Shown here piece by piece: positions 24,571 through 38,300 of a stretch of 64,000 bases of DNA (within the stretch, counting starts at the first letter, position 1; every line of letters starts with the position of its first letter). The notes below the pieces were generated by a model, which worked only from the letters and a program-made list of their open reading frames with translations, made no database searches and was not told the DNA's origin. The DNA is from Antedon mediterranea. Taxonomy: Eukaryota; Animalia; Echinodermata. The translations under genes and the position numbers were made by a program. The DNA lies in assembly GCF_964355755.1 (NCBI RefSeq), contig NC_092675.1:26570912-26634911 (forward strand). Direction: 5' to 3'.

Positions 24571-27500
24571 TTAATTTTCATCTTCTTCTTCGTCTTCCTC
24601 CTCCTCATCATCATCTTCATCCTCAGTTACCTGAAAAAATAGATAATCAGAATTATACATTTTTATTTGAAAATTACTAAATTCAGAGATCAGCATCACA
24701 TGTAGTTTTTTTGATCAAGTAAATATTTATAATAGGCATATAGAAAATTTATACTACGACTGTATTGTGTGACATGCTGTACAGTACTATGCTGTTACGG
24801 TAAAATAACATATTTATAAACATGTGTGCATTTTGAAAGCAAGATACTTTATTATAACATTTTGGAATTCTGGATAGTATGTCCATTCACATTTAAAAAA
24901 AAATGTATTCCACCCATTAAAGTATATTGAAGCCACTCTGGTAACATAGCATGGATTTGAACCCACTACTCCAGGTTGATAAGCGAGTGTGTCAACCTCT
25001 ACTACCTCCACTACTGCTACTTTCATTTCATTTTCACAAAATCTAACAACAAATAAATTAATTCAAGTACAGGATGGGAAAACCATTCTTTGTAAACTAA
25101 GTTTCATTACAAAGGGGCTATTAGAAAAATCCAGGAACTATGACATGATTTGAACCAAGGGCCATGGGATTGGTAGGCAAGCATGTCAACCACCAAGCCA
25201 CAGTGCCACTACAATATGAAATAAAATACATTTGTTCATCTTCATGAAACATAATGTAAACTCTAAAAATAAAAAAACACATTTATGCCACAGCTAACTA
25301 CTAGCTATAATAGTAAACTAAAGGTAAACTACTAAGGGCCATTTTACACAGACAAGCGGTAATGGTAAGCGGAAAACGGCGTAGCTTGTCCCACGTAGAA
25401 TCCGTAGCTATCCTTAGCGGACCCCTAACATAGATTCTATATTTTTATTACTGTTACCGCTCATCTGTGTAAATTGCCCATTAAACAGAATTGCATCATT
25501 ACCTCTTCTCCTAGCTCCTTCAATTTACTTCTGTATTTCTCCACTTTGGCATCAGTATCCGTTAATAACACTAATAGGTCATCTAGTTCTTGTTTATTGT
25601 CTGCAGCTTCCTTTCTAAACTTCTCTTTCTCGTCTTCTACTCGTGTATTCGTATCTTTTAAATCACCGATTTCCTCTTCAAGCTTCTTAACTTGTGTTGT
25701 TAAACTTGAGCAAGTGTCCGTAACAGTTTTAAGTTGATTTTCTATGGTTTGGTTTGTACTGATTAGTTTTTGATTGTCTGAGCTTAGCTTACTATTGTGG
25801 TCCTCAGCCTGGGCTAGCTGGGCCTGGCTTTCTGAATGCTTGGCAGTTAAGGCTGCCTTCTCGGCTACAATGTTTGCATTGTCTCCACTAGGGACAGCTT
25901 CTCCCTGATGAAAAATCAATATTTTAGAAAATATAAATGCAGTTTATATTATATATATTCACTTTTAAAAAATATATATAATTCTACATGTTAATTTAGT
26001 ACAAAATACAGAGAATTTTTTATAAGTACTCCTTTATAGTAGTTTTGCCATTACAAAACCAGACACAGCATTACCAAAGGCATCCCTCCACCCACATTTA
26101 ACTCTAAGCAAAATTATGCACTACCGCCCTCTCTATACATCTTCATTAATAATTAATGGGTAATAAGCGCCAGAAAATGTGATGGTATTTTAAAACAACA
26201 TTTTGAGAAATCTTTTACAATGAAAAAACAGATAAACAAGAGTGAAAACAACCACTTTGAGTGGCAGTAATCACTGTGTAATATAATAGAAAGTTCATTT
26301 ACATAAAGAACAACTAGCACAAATAAATATTTGTCAAGAACATAAACTTACAGTCTGTGTTAATTGATTTTTAAGGTCAGTGCATTCGCCCTTTAACCTT
26401 TGCTCCTCATCTTTCTGAGCTGCTACAATCAATTTCAATTCATCAATTTCTTTCTTTTGCTCTTGTATTGATGATTGAAATTCAGAAATCTGATTTTGAT
26501 TTACTCCACTGTCATCAACAAGAACAACCTTGGCATCCGCAATTGTTAAGTCGTTTTTCTGTTGCAAATACAAAAATTAAAACATAGTGCAATAGTATAT
26601 ATGGCTATACAACTACTGGACAATAAATACAAAATAGATCTCCTTCATTCACCCTGTTCTGTGTGACAGTAACACATAATACATACAAAAACAATATAAT
26701 TAAAAACTAAACATAAAAATAACATTTAATCTTAAGTGACCCTCTTCAGTCCAGGATGACGATCAATACACTGAAAGACAATTCTCTACCCTTTTCAAAT
26801 AATATTCCAAGTTGAAATATCAGTACACAGGAGAAGCTCATCTCATACGAGGAAATGGGGGTAAAATAATCGTGCCTAAGGATACAAGTAATAAAGCAAA
26901 GATAGGTCTTGAACCAATGACTCTCACAATCTAGTCTGATATCCTTCACATCATGTCATACCACTCCCTATATGTACAGCATAGTAAAGTATAAGGGTGT
27001 GTGGAGCAGTGTGTTGGACGTTCGACCCTGATTGTGAGATCGAGGTTCGAATCCAACTCTCGCCGTATTGCTTATATCCTTAGGCAAGATACTTTACTTA
27101 AGTTTGCCTCTCTCCACCCAGGTGTATAAATGGGAACCTGGTTAGATCAAGACACAACTTTGCGCTGATTACTATCTGCATTATGGGAGTTTCCATACGT
27201 GTTTGAAAAAAAAAATGACTGGGGAAATAATGTTCAGCGCTTAGAGATTTCACAACATTAGGCACTATATAAATCCAGGATATTATTATTATTATTAAAG
27301 TATTTAAAAAATCATACTGCTGTTTAGTGATATTATGGCAGACTATAGTAATACCTGGAGCTGGGAGAAGGTGATAACTGTAAAATGATCAACATAATTA
27401 GTACAACATTGTGATGTACAGTGGTAGTAATAGGAGTGTCCCCTGAATAGGAGTTGATGATAGTGTTAAAATATATATTTCCTCTTGATTGCTTTACAAG

Positions 27501-29368
27501 TGTCCCGTTTAACAGTGAGCTCTACTGTTCTTACCAATTTTTGTATGACATCATCCTTCTCTGCAGTTTCCTTTCTAAGTGTTTCTTGACTATCTCGCAA
27601 CTCTTTTAATTCTGCTGCTATTCTTATAGCATCATCACCATTCCCCCCTATAAAAAATACAATAGCAATAATTAAACAACTACTAAAATTTGAAAAAAAA
27701 AAGAATATATAAAATTGACATTGATAATTATACTTTTCCGCCACTTTTCTACCAATGATGCAAAGACTACCCTTCGTTTGTGTGACGTTTACAATAAATA
27801 ACTAACTACAGTGGATCGCTAAACCCCCCCCCCCCCCCATCCCAATACCAAACACATGCCTTTTTCACTTGAGCTTCTTTGAATACTGTTCCGATGAGCT
27901 ATCATATGGGAGCTTCAAAGTGCTGGAGAACAGGGCAGTGTAAATGGTTTCTTTGCTTTTCTTCATTTTTTGGTTATCTTAAGGATATTTTATGGATCAT
28001 TTTTGTGTGTAAAGCACTACAAACATTGTATTGAATGCTATATAAGACTACCATTATTATTATTATACCAACCACACAAAAAATATATAATATAAGTCAA
28101 CTATGAAATGTATTGCTTTGTGGTAAAATCTCTTGAAAGAGTGTTCCTATGTTCCCTTGCATTCTGGTACGTCAGTCCCCAAGCAAAGGGATATTTAAGA
28201 AAAGAAAGTGCCTAATCATATGTAACTGCGATTAAAATAACTGCTTCGATCTTGGCCGTGTGCCAGACTGCTTCCTATTAGCAAACCTCAATCAATCAAG
28301 AGGCATTCAAGATATAATTCGCAAGGCAAACCGGCCTAGTTGGGTTGTTATTATTGAATTTGTTTAAAATATGTAATGAAAAGATTGCATACCTTGGGCT
28401 TTCATTAAGGCATACTGATCTTTAAGCTGTTGTATCTGTGAGGATTGTTCATTTAGCTGTAATTCAGCAGCTTTATGTTCCTTTTGTAGCGCTTCATGTC
28501 TTCCACGAAGCTCATTCAAATCATTATCCTACATTATATTATTAAAAAGTAAATTATTAAAACTGACAATTAAAAAAGAAATGAAAGAGATCACTATAAA
28601 AACATTTTCATTTCAGGCATTTTACTAGCAGAATATACAAAATATTAATGTATATATATTTTACAATCGCAATAATTTACAATAAGTTCATCTGATTTCA
28701 TAGTGAGGTATACCGACAGAATACATTACTGTGATGTGTAAATTGTTCATGGATAATAAGATTTAATTACAGTATTTAATATCTTTCTACAAGACTTAAG
28801 TGTAAATTTAAATTCTACAACACAATATGATAAAATACATAGAAACTGTGAAATTAATCACTTATTATATGCAGACGATCTTGTATTAATAGGAGACACT
28901 GTTAAAGGTTTACAGAGACTGATTAACATCTTGGGTAAATATTGTAATGAATGGGGATTAACTATAAATGTAGAAAAAAATAAAATTATTGTATTTAAAA
29001 ATGGGGGTAAACTAAAGATGTTTTAAAAAGGAAACTCAATTGAAATTGTTGATTCGTTTAAGTATCTTGGGTTGTATTTAGCCTAAATGGAAGGTGAAAT
29101 AATACAATACAGTAGATAGTAACTGTTGTCTAGAAAAAATGTATTATTTAAGATAAGATAAATCTTTATTGTCATGAACACAACAAGGTGAACATGAAAT
29201 TGGTTTTCCTTGATGCTTAAAAACACATACACTATATAAAACATATCAATACAATACAAGTTATATTTACAGAAGGAATACAAAAACAACTATCTTTGAA
29301 TGCAATGAATTCTAGCATCAAATGAAACTTTGCTAATGAATGGAACCATATAACAAATGACAATACAA

Positions 29369-29399
<31 letters not shown>

Positions 29400-32300
29400 G
29401 GCAATTCCATAGTGCAGAGGATTTTTTTCCATTTTTTCAAATTAAACCAATCAAACTATATTTGGTATCAAATTAAAGATTATTTTATAGAGAATTAGGT
29501 TATATGAAAAAAAAAAAATTAGCGCCTTGATATGATATGGAAAATTTGATTCAAAAATTGATACCTAAAAATGTAATGAAAATGAGAAATGTATGACCTT
29601 TTTCAGCTTCAGTAATAAATAATTAGAGTGGTGTAAAAAGTTAAAATCCATGTTATTTCAGTTTAGTACATAACATTTTAGACATAAGACAAAAAAAAAT
29701 TTCTGATTTTACGTTAATTAATTTTGGCCCAATAATAATAATGTATCATATTTTGTAATTCCGACACAAAAAAGTGTTTTTTTTTAGGATTTCTTATAAA
29801 ATAATTTCTGTAAAAAATCAAGACTAATGCAAATCAAGCAAGAGTATAGGCATTATATTATGATAATTATTGTTTTTAATTTTTTTTATTTCTTAAGTTA
29901 TTGAAGTTTAAAAACTGAAATTCCGTCACAAATCATTGGTTGCGGAATTACGTAATTCCACAACACTATTATTTAACATAGTATTGATGCAAAACCATTT
30001 TTTAAGCAACTTTTTCTTAGCATGAACACAGCTACCAGCAAAATGTGTACAAAGTTTATGTGGTTGTTTATTATTATGGATCTATGGCTTCTTTTGTTCG
30101 ATTTTTTTCTCAGGCCTAGGAACTCTAATAATTTATTTTGTTATTTATCACACCTGCCATTAACTAAATGCGAACAATGTCCAATGTACAGAACAAGCTA
30201 TTACATAACTTCCAGACTTTTCTCATAACTAAAACTTATTCATGTGACTCACTTGCACTCTCAGAATAATTCCCATTGTACAGAAAGAACAACTCCCATA
30301 TAGTACGGAATAAACAATTCTTTTTAAATGAAACAAATGAACCTATAAACGCACAGAAAGGAGATTTTGTTCTTATCAAATATACCATAGAAAGAAGCAA
30401 GAACATTTTTAACTATGTTGCAATAGTTGATGACATTCCTAAAGACAAACCAGAACTTAACATTATTCATTTATATAAGTTTGATAAAGAAGGGAAGATT
30501 TTTGTTGTTAAAGACTTGGTTGGGACTTATGGGATAATTAATAGAGATCAAATTGTATCTGTACTCCCAGCACCATTGATGGACTCTAAAGAAAGGTATC
30601 ACTTTAAAGAACCACTTCCACAAAGCTATGGGATAAAATGTTTTTTTGGAATACGGTCAATAGTCACTGTTAACTTAAACATGTAAATAACATTAATTCA
30701 ACTGTATAATTCCGTAATCATATTCATATTTCACCTAAATATCACAATACAATAATAGAAAATGTAATTTTATTCTTATCAGATATTGGTATGTGTTCAT
30801 TATTATATTTAGTAATATTTCTAATTCAAAATACTCTATATAATCCATATATTAAAACAAAATAAGTTCATATTTTTGTGATATTAATATCTGTTTTTAG
30901 AACCATTAGATCAAATGAAATAATGTTTTTTTTTTAACATTGCAACAATTTTATAAGACTGTTTTTTCTTAATATATTGTGTTTTGCCTTTAAAATTATT
31001 CAGAAACCCTTATTAAATAAATTTAAAGATGGTCTGCAGATTTCAATTTCAGAGGTAATTCCGTCACTGTAATTCCGTCACCGGACCATGTGTCAAATTA
31101 TTACTATATATCAAAAACTGAAACTTTTTTTTAAAAATAAAAACTTATGTTCAATACTACATTAAATAATGGCTAAATTTAATGTATTAATTTTTTTAAT
31201 TTCCAGTACAATTCAAAGAGTTTTAATGAAATGTTTAGTGGTAAAAATGAGGTGGTTTTTCGGCGAAATTCCGTCACGGTATATGTTTTATGATATTATA
31301 AAAAAATATGGTTGGTTTTTTAATTTTTTTTTTGTGGAAATAATTAGTAGAATCACTAGCTATTAAACTATTAAACTTGTTTTAAAATCTGCCTTAAACT
31401 AAAAAAGATACAAGGAATTAAAATGTAAAATTATGGAAAATGTGTAATTCCGTCACCGTGGAATTGCCCTAATAATAATAATAATAATATTAATAATATA
31501 ATAATAATAATAATACCTGTACTCTTATGATATCTTTATATTGTGTCACAATGTTATCATGATCTTCTACTGTCTTTTTGCTTTCAGCATCTTCAGCAGA
31601 CGTAACAGATTTACAAAGGTTTCCTATAGAAGTAATACAAACATTATACATAAAATTATTTCTTGTACATAAATTAGGTTTACTAGAATGAAGGGACACC
31701 ATCTAATTAGTGAATGTATGATGACCTCTCTGTGGCCGGATTGTGAAATTGTTCTAAAAAATACAATGGTCGCAATCACAATCGTAATCCTAACATAGCG
31801 GAAGGCTATACAGGTGCAAAAGTTGTTTAGGAGGGGATAGAACAAAAAATTCGGGTTTATGGTGCTATAATCATATTAGTTATTAGTAATATTATTTCTT
31901 TTGAGATATAATAATGCAAAGTTCCATTTCATTTTTTTTTTCAATTTTATTCCCTCCTTTTAGTCCCTTGTCATCTTTAGTCTCACATTCCTTTTAGCAG
32001 TCTTAAATAATGATTTTATTAATACAATTATTTTTCTCTCAAGAATCCATGTCTAAAATCTGAGGAATCGATTGACGAAGCATGTTTTAATGTCAATGCA
32101 TGCGCACAATAATTTAAGATTACATAACTAAAACAATTGGAAGCTCCCTAATATCTATGGCGATTTAACTGCATTTTACCTTCTAACTGTTTGTATAAAG
32201 ACGTAAACTCGTAGTCAATTAGTAAATGTTCAGGCTGTGTATATCGTAACTGAGGCTTCTGGGCTGCCATTGTGTAACTCTCGTGCTTCGTCACCGACAC

Positions 32301-35300
32301 TAGTTTTTCAACAAGCGATTCTAAGCCAACTCGTTTTGTAATTAAATTTCTAAGACTCTCACTGCAAATAAAAGTATAAACATAATTTTTAAGATTTAAA
32401 AAATTTTTTTTTTTGCGAGTTGTAATTATACAGGTAATATGGTTTGTGCAACATATTATTAGTATTTACACATTTTACACATAGGTCATAACAAGTAACC
32501 GTGTGAAAAATTGTTATTTTTCCACTTGAATTTTGGAATAAATAAATCAATTGGCCTCATATGTTTTGTAGAAAAAATTTATTGATTTTACCAACATAAA
32601 GTTGAAAATTACATATTTCCAAGAATCATATACCTTTGGTACTATCTTTTGTTGAAAAAAACAAAAAGATGAGGAAATGAGTCTAATAATTTAAAATTCT
32701 TAACAGTGTGTGCATTCAAAGGTTCCATTCTCACGGAATACAAATAATCTTTCTTTTGTAACAAAATGACAATAGTAACAAAGATAAGGGGTTTTTTAAC
32801 CTTGTATATCACATGTGGCATTATAAAGATGAACTTTACTTGCACTGTCATAGAAATATAATTACTGACATGGTATTTTTTGGGGATTTTCTTTTGAAAT
32901 TTAAACTTAAATTCTTGGAGATGCTTATATTTATTTCCGACTAGTCCTATTCCCTATGTTTATTAGATCTAATTTCACGTCACAAACTACATACAATGTA
33001 AAAATAAAGACTGTAATGGTCCTATTGCGATAACCTTTTTTTCGTCTTTAAACGGTTAAAAATAAGATTCTATAATTTAAGCTGCCTGCTATAAATCCCA
33101 ACATGCATTGTGCGCAGATTACTATTTTTGTTTTTCTTCTATGATTCACCCACTTTCCATTGATCATGAATGTCAAAAACAAAACAGAATTTTTTCAGCA
33201 AAAATATAAGGTTTTCCCCAGTCTGTGTTAACGGATTCTGGCAAAAACAATTAATGCAGCAAATAGACTACGTTAGGCTAGGCCTATGGTTAGCGTACGA
33301 TGTACATGACCTTCAATGAATATCTAGGATTTCAAATATATCAATAAAAAAAGCCTTCAAAATGCTATAAGTTATAAAAATTGCAATTGATTATGTGAGG
33401 CATACAAGTCCTTACCTTGTAAATGTGGCATTTGAATTATCATTAAAATGAACCGAGATTCCCAAAAGGAATGAACATAAGCCTTGAACTAGTGCCTCCT
33501 GTTCATCTACGTGCTCAGCTACTTGTGCCATAAGCTGTTTAATAATTAAAGAATATTATATCACACAAAGTTTTCCATTTTTTTCGCGCCGTTCCTTTAG
33601 GCAGTTATATTCAAGAGAACGGAAGCATTGGGAACCAGTTACCATGCGGTAGCTTATAGTTTACTACGGCTGAAAAAATGGGTATTTGGAAACTCAATGC
33701 ACGTCTGGGAAAAAATTGTGTCTATGAAAACATTTGCTGATATTATATTGAGATGCATGTAGACGGTAGTTATCGTGAGATGAGTAGTGTTGTTTATATA
33801 ATTCTTTTAATTGTTGTTTATTTTCAAGCCTTAATTCAATTTCATAGGACTGGAGATGTAAAACATACTATCTCCACTCTGTAATTGCATATCATGTCTT
33901 TAACAAAAAAAGGATACAAATGGCACATTGGCTGAATTAGCTAAGAAATGCGTGACAGCTAGCTGACAGTTGGCTAGCCATGAACAAAGTAACATCAGTA
34001 GGCCCAGTCTCGTTTGAACCTTAGCTGTTGGCTACAAAAAGAAGCAAATTGAAAATAAATTATTATTATTATTGTGGTTGCAATAAACTGTGTGTATTAT
34101 TATTAAAAAATAAATGAATGCATTCCATTTCATTTATTTCGTCAACAATAGAGAATGACAGGATTCCCAAAAGCGAACTAAATCAAATCAAGTGGGTCTC
34201 CAAAGCAAAACATAATCATCCAACAATAAAATACAAAATGACAACATTTAAAACAACGTGAAGATTTAAAAGCAGTAACTGCAGTAGAGTAATTTTGACA
34301 TGATTCTTTCAATGGAAGACTTCATTAACAACTTTGTCCAACAAATCATGATTCTATAGCATACCATATATTTGCATTAGATAAAAAATACAATTGCTAT
34401 TTTAAATAAATCCTCAACATTTAAATTGCAAAAAAACAACACCTTACCGAAGATAGCATATTGGTACATTGCTGTAAGAGAGACACTGAGGGATTGCCAG
34501 GGCCTGTAGCCAGTTGCACACGTAGAAGCTGTTCTTTCTGGCTTGGGTTGTCCTTCAGGGCATGTGCAAGAGCAACAGATGCGCACCAGTTGGACACAGA
34601 ATCCTGGCTAAACAGTCCACCGCATAGTAGCTGACCGGCTGTAACAGCAGAAGCTGTGCAACAAAGAAAATTTGGTAGAAAAGCATTTTTGTTATCGATA
34701 GAAAATATTATATATTTGATTGATCACTTTATTTCAGAATAAAATTCAATATTTATATACAAGCAATACAAAACGGCAAATCACACTAAAATAGGATTTT
34801 CTCCCATTTAGTGAAGGAATTTGAAGATCATAACAGATAGTTCGTAGTACACCTAACAAGATCATTTTAACTATTCAAAACTCTTATTCTACAACTTGCG
34901 GACATGCTCGTAAAAAGAGGGAACTCTCCTCGTGGAGAGAGTAGTACTCTTTGTTAAATAAACAGAAATCAACAACACAATTATTTAATAATTAGACTTA
35001 TATATATTTTTGTAATGGAAAGATGAACATTATGGCATGCAGCTATAAATATCAAATTTTGAATGTAAAAAATCACTGCCCAATCACTCTCCATTTTAAT
35101 TGTCTAAATTTTTGCCAATCTCACCATCTGCTGTGGCTGGTAAAAGAGTTGATATAATCTGTTCTTGTCCAACCTCATTCTTGTATAAGAAGCATTGAAA
35201 ACAGTAGAGTACGGCACAGCGAAGAACAAACGGTTGCTTTTCATTCACCATGGACATCACAAGCACAACAATTGCAGGCCTACAAAAAGTAATAAAGAAA

Positions 35301-38300
35301 TGTATTTCTCCTTTATTTTGGTACTAATCCCAGCTATTCTGATTTAAAAATAGCCATAAATGTGTAAAGCTAGAGAGAGAATTCACTATGGCAAAAAGTA
35401 ATAACAAAGAAATGTATTTCTCCTTTTAAATTTTGGTACTAATCCCTGCTATTCTGATTTAAAAATAGCCATAAATGTGTATAGCTAGAGAGAAAACCCA
35501 CTATGGCAAAAAGTAATAACAAAGAAATGTATTTCTCCTTTATTTTGGTACTAATTCCTGCTATTCTGATTTAAAAATAGCCATAAATGTGTATAGCTAG
35601 AGAGAGAACTCACTATGGCAAAAAGTAATAACAAAGAAATGTATTTCTCCTTTATTATGGTACTAATTCCTGCTATTCTGATTTCAAAATAGCCATAAAT
35701 GTATATAGCTAGAGAGAGAACTCACTATGGCAAAAAGTAATAACAAAGAAATGTATTTCTCCTTTATTTTGGTACTAATTCCTGCTATTCTGATTTCAAA
35801 ATAGCCATAAATGTATATACAGTAGCTAGAGAGAGAACCCACTATGGCTGCATCAGTCAGCCAATTAAATATGCTAGTTTGAACCTGCATCCACGAGCGC
35901 ATTGCAGATTGTTGAGCATATGAAGGAGAGCATAATCTATAGATATTCCTCATACGCGAAAATTTAAGTCATTTATAAAAAAAACATTGATTGCATTGCA
36001 TTAACAATACAATTTATAAAAACTGTTTATGTGGGTTTAATAATACTTATAATTAGTAACTTTATTAATATTACAGTTGACATTTTGAAGAGATCCCGTA
36101 CTGTTCTAGCTTACCTTGGTGGTGTTGACGGAGCGCTAACTGATGCAAAAAACTCTTGGTTTGTTTTTGATCCTCTAATAACCTCTGACACAGTATTTAT
36201 TGTCTGTAAAGAATAATATAAACAAAGGTATTATTTTATTTTTCAATTTACACAAATCTGTTCTACACACTTTTTTTCCCATGCAACATTCTGAAATCTG
36301 GGTAGTTAAGGAATTGACAGGAGCTATATCAATACCAATTGGGTTATAAGCATGTGTTGACATTTGTTGCTTTGTAGTGTATAGCATTGTATAATATAAA
36401 GTGGATTGCCATTTAGTTTGGTTTTTTCATAAATAACTTGGTGGTTAATGTGATTCAACCCTGACCTAATAAAAAGGTTGTACCTCAAGGCTGTGAATCA
36501 CCTTTCTGTCCTGAGCCTCAAATCAGAATTTTATAAGTACAATATTATAGTTTATTCATTGAGTGAACTTGCTGTTGGATGTAAATTAAGAAAAAAAACT
36601 CCTGAATCTTTATTTAATTTTTTTTATTTTTTATTTTATTCAATCGAAACCAACAGCGATAATTACCGCCACTAACAGGTTTGATACAAACAAAGCCAGG
36701 ACTGTTTAAAGCACCTTGATTGGTCCTAACATTGCTCAAGGGCTTCTCTCGTCCAGTGTGCCCACCTTGAGGAAAGGCATGAGCCAATACGTCTGAGGTA
36801 GATACTAGATGCAGGGGCTGCCATAAGAGTCAGCAGTGCTGATTTCAAATGCCTAACGGGACCCCAGCTCCATATACAGCACCCGATATTCCCAGATGGT
36901 CTCCCATCCAAGCTCTAACCAGGCCCAACGTTGCTTAACTTCGGTGATCTGACTAACGTGGTAAAGCCGTATTTTCAACGTGGTAAAGCCGTATTTTCAA
37001 CGTGGTAAAGCCATATGACTTGGTTTGCCCTTTCTTTTGAGATTTTCCAATATAAACAGGCCATAAAAAATAATACAAATTCTAGAGTCTATTAAAACAA
37101 ACCTCTGTGAGTATGTCAGCAGGCACACCACTAGCCATCAATATAGTGCACAACTGTTTCAACAGACCACATTGGTGGATCACTTTCTGACAAGTAGCTG
37201 TAGCTTGTTGTGGGTTGCTAGGCGACACTAAAGTCCGAACCACCTGAAGCATTGAATTTACATTGTTGACCTTCTGAGCTGACCATCCAACATCCAGACT
37301 TTTTGGTTCGTTGTTTTGAAGATCAAAAAAGGGGGCCAACTTTTGTACATACCTAAATAAAAATAAGTATAAGTACCATATTAGAATAATAATAAAATGC
37401 AGCATAGACATAGATATAATAATAAACATCTATATAAATTAAAAATTAAAAACAATTTGAAAAAAAAACTAATACTACTAATGTTCCACAAGTACTAAAA
37501 TACAAGAAACACAAAAAAAAGGCTAAAAAAATTACAATAGTATTACCTTCCTTCCTTGAAAAACGTCTGATTCGAACTGTTCTTTTTTAATAAATTAAGC
37601 AACAAGAGAAGACAATCTTCAACCACAATACCGCCCTCACTACCACCTTCCTCCGAGATAATTTCAATCAGCCTTTCAAATGCATTTTCAAAAGCTACAA
37701 TCTTTTGAATGTTTGCATTATTTTTTGTGAGTTGGACCAGCAAAAGTAGACCCTAAAAATATAAACAAAATAAAAAAATAAAACAATTTATCATGTTAAA
37801 TTACTAATTGTTCGTATGTTAATTAAATGTTTTCAATACACAGTTTTAATGTGGCACAGTATTCATAGAATGAAAGCAAATGGTCAAATCAATATAAATG
37901 GCAGTCCTTTGTTTTTAAGTAGAGTAAGTAAATCTTTATTCTCTTGGGAAATTCTCAAAAGCTCCAAAAAAAAAAAAGCTTCTGTAGGAAATGTTTTCCT
38001 CCTGCTTTTACGAAAGACTGAAATAGATTTAAGATAAGTGTACAAGTTATAATGTGCATTCTAACTACATATCTGTGTGTACTAGGCTGTGGCTTTAATT
38101 AGTGTTTGGTAAACAATAAACAAACAAGCTTACATCATTTCGTATTACTTCACGACTATCCGATAGCAGGTCCATCAGTTTTGATACACCCATTGGACTG
38201 ACCAGCACACACTGTTGAACTTGAGTTGACCGGTGGACTGTTAATGCGGTCAAAAGCTTAACTGCAGGCCATCGAACTTTAAAGTCAAACTCCTAATTTA

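Noticed and set aside
24945-25210. tRNA-like segments on the minus strand
   Set aside because: Only degenerate A/B boxes with no cloverleaf; probably SINE heads.
27355-27377. Possible 23-nt USO1 micro-exon (cag...gtatta)
   Set aside because: The flanking exons join in phase 0; including it would shift the frame.
36875-37019. Functional 5S rRNA gene
   Set aside because: 5' region duplicated and partly deleted, no oligo-T terminator, solitary intronic copy.
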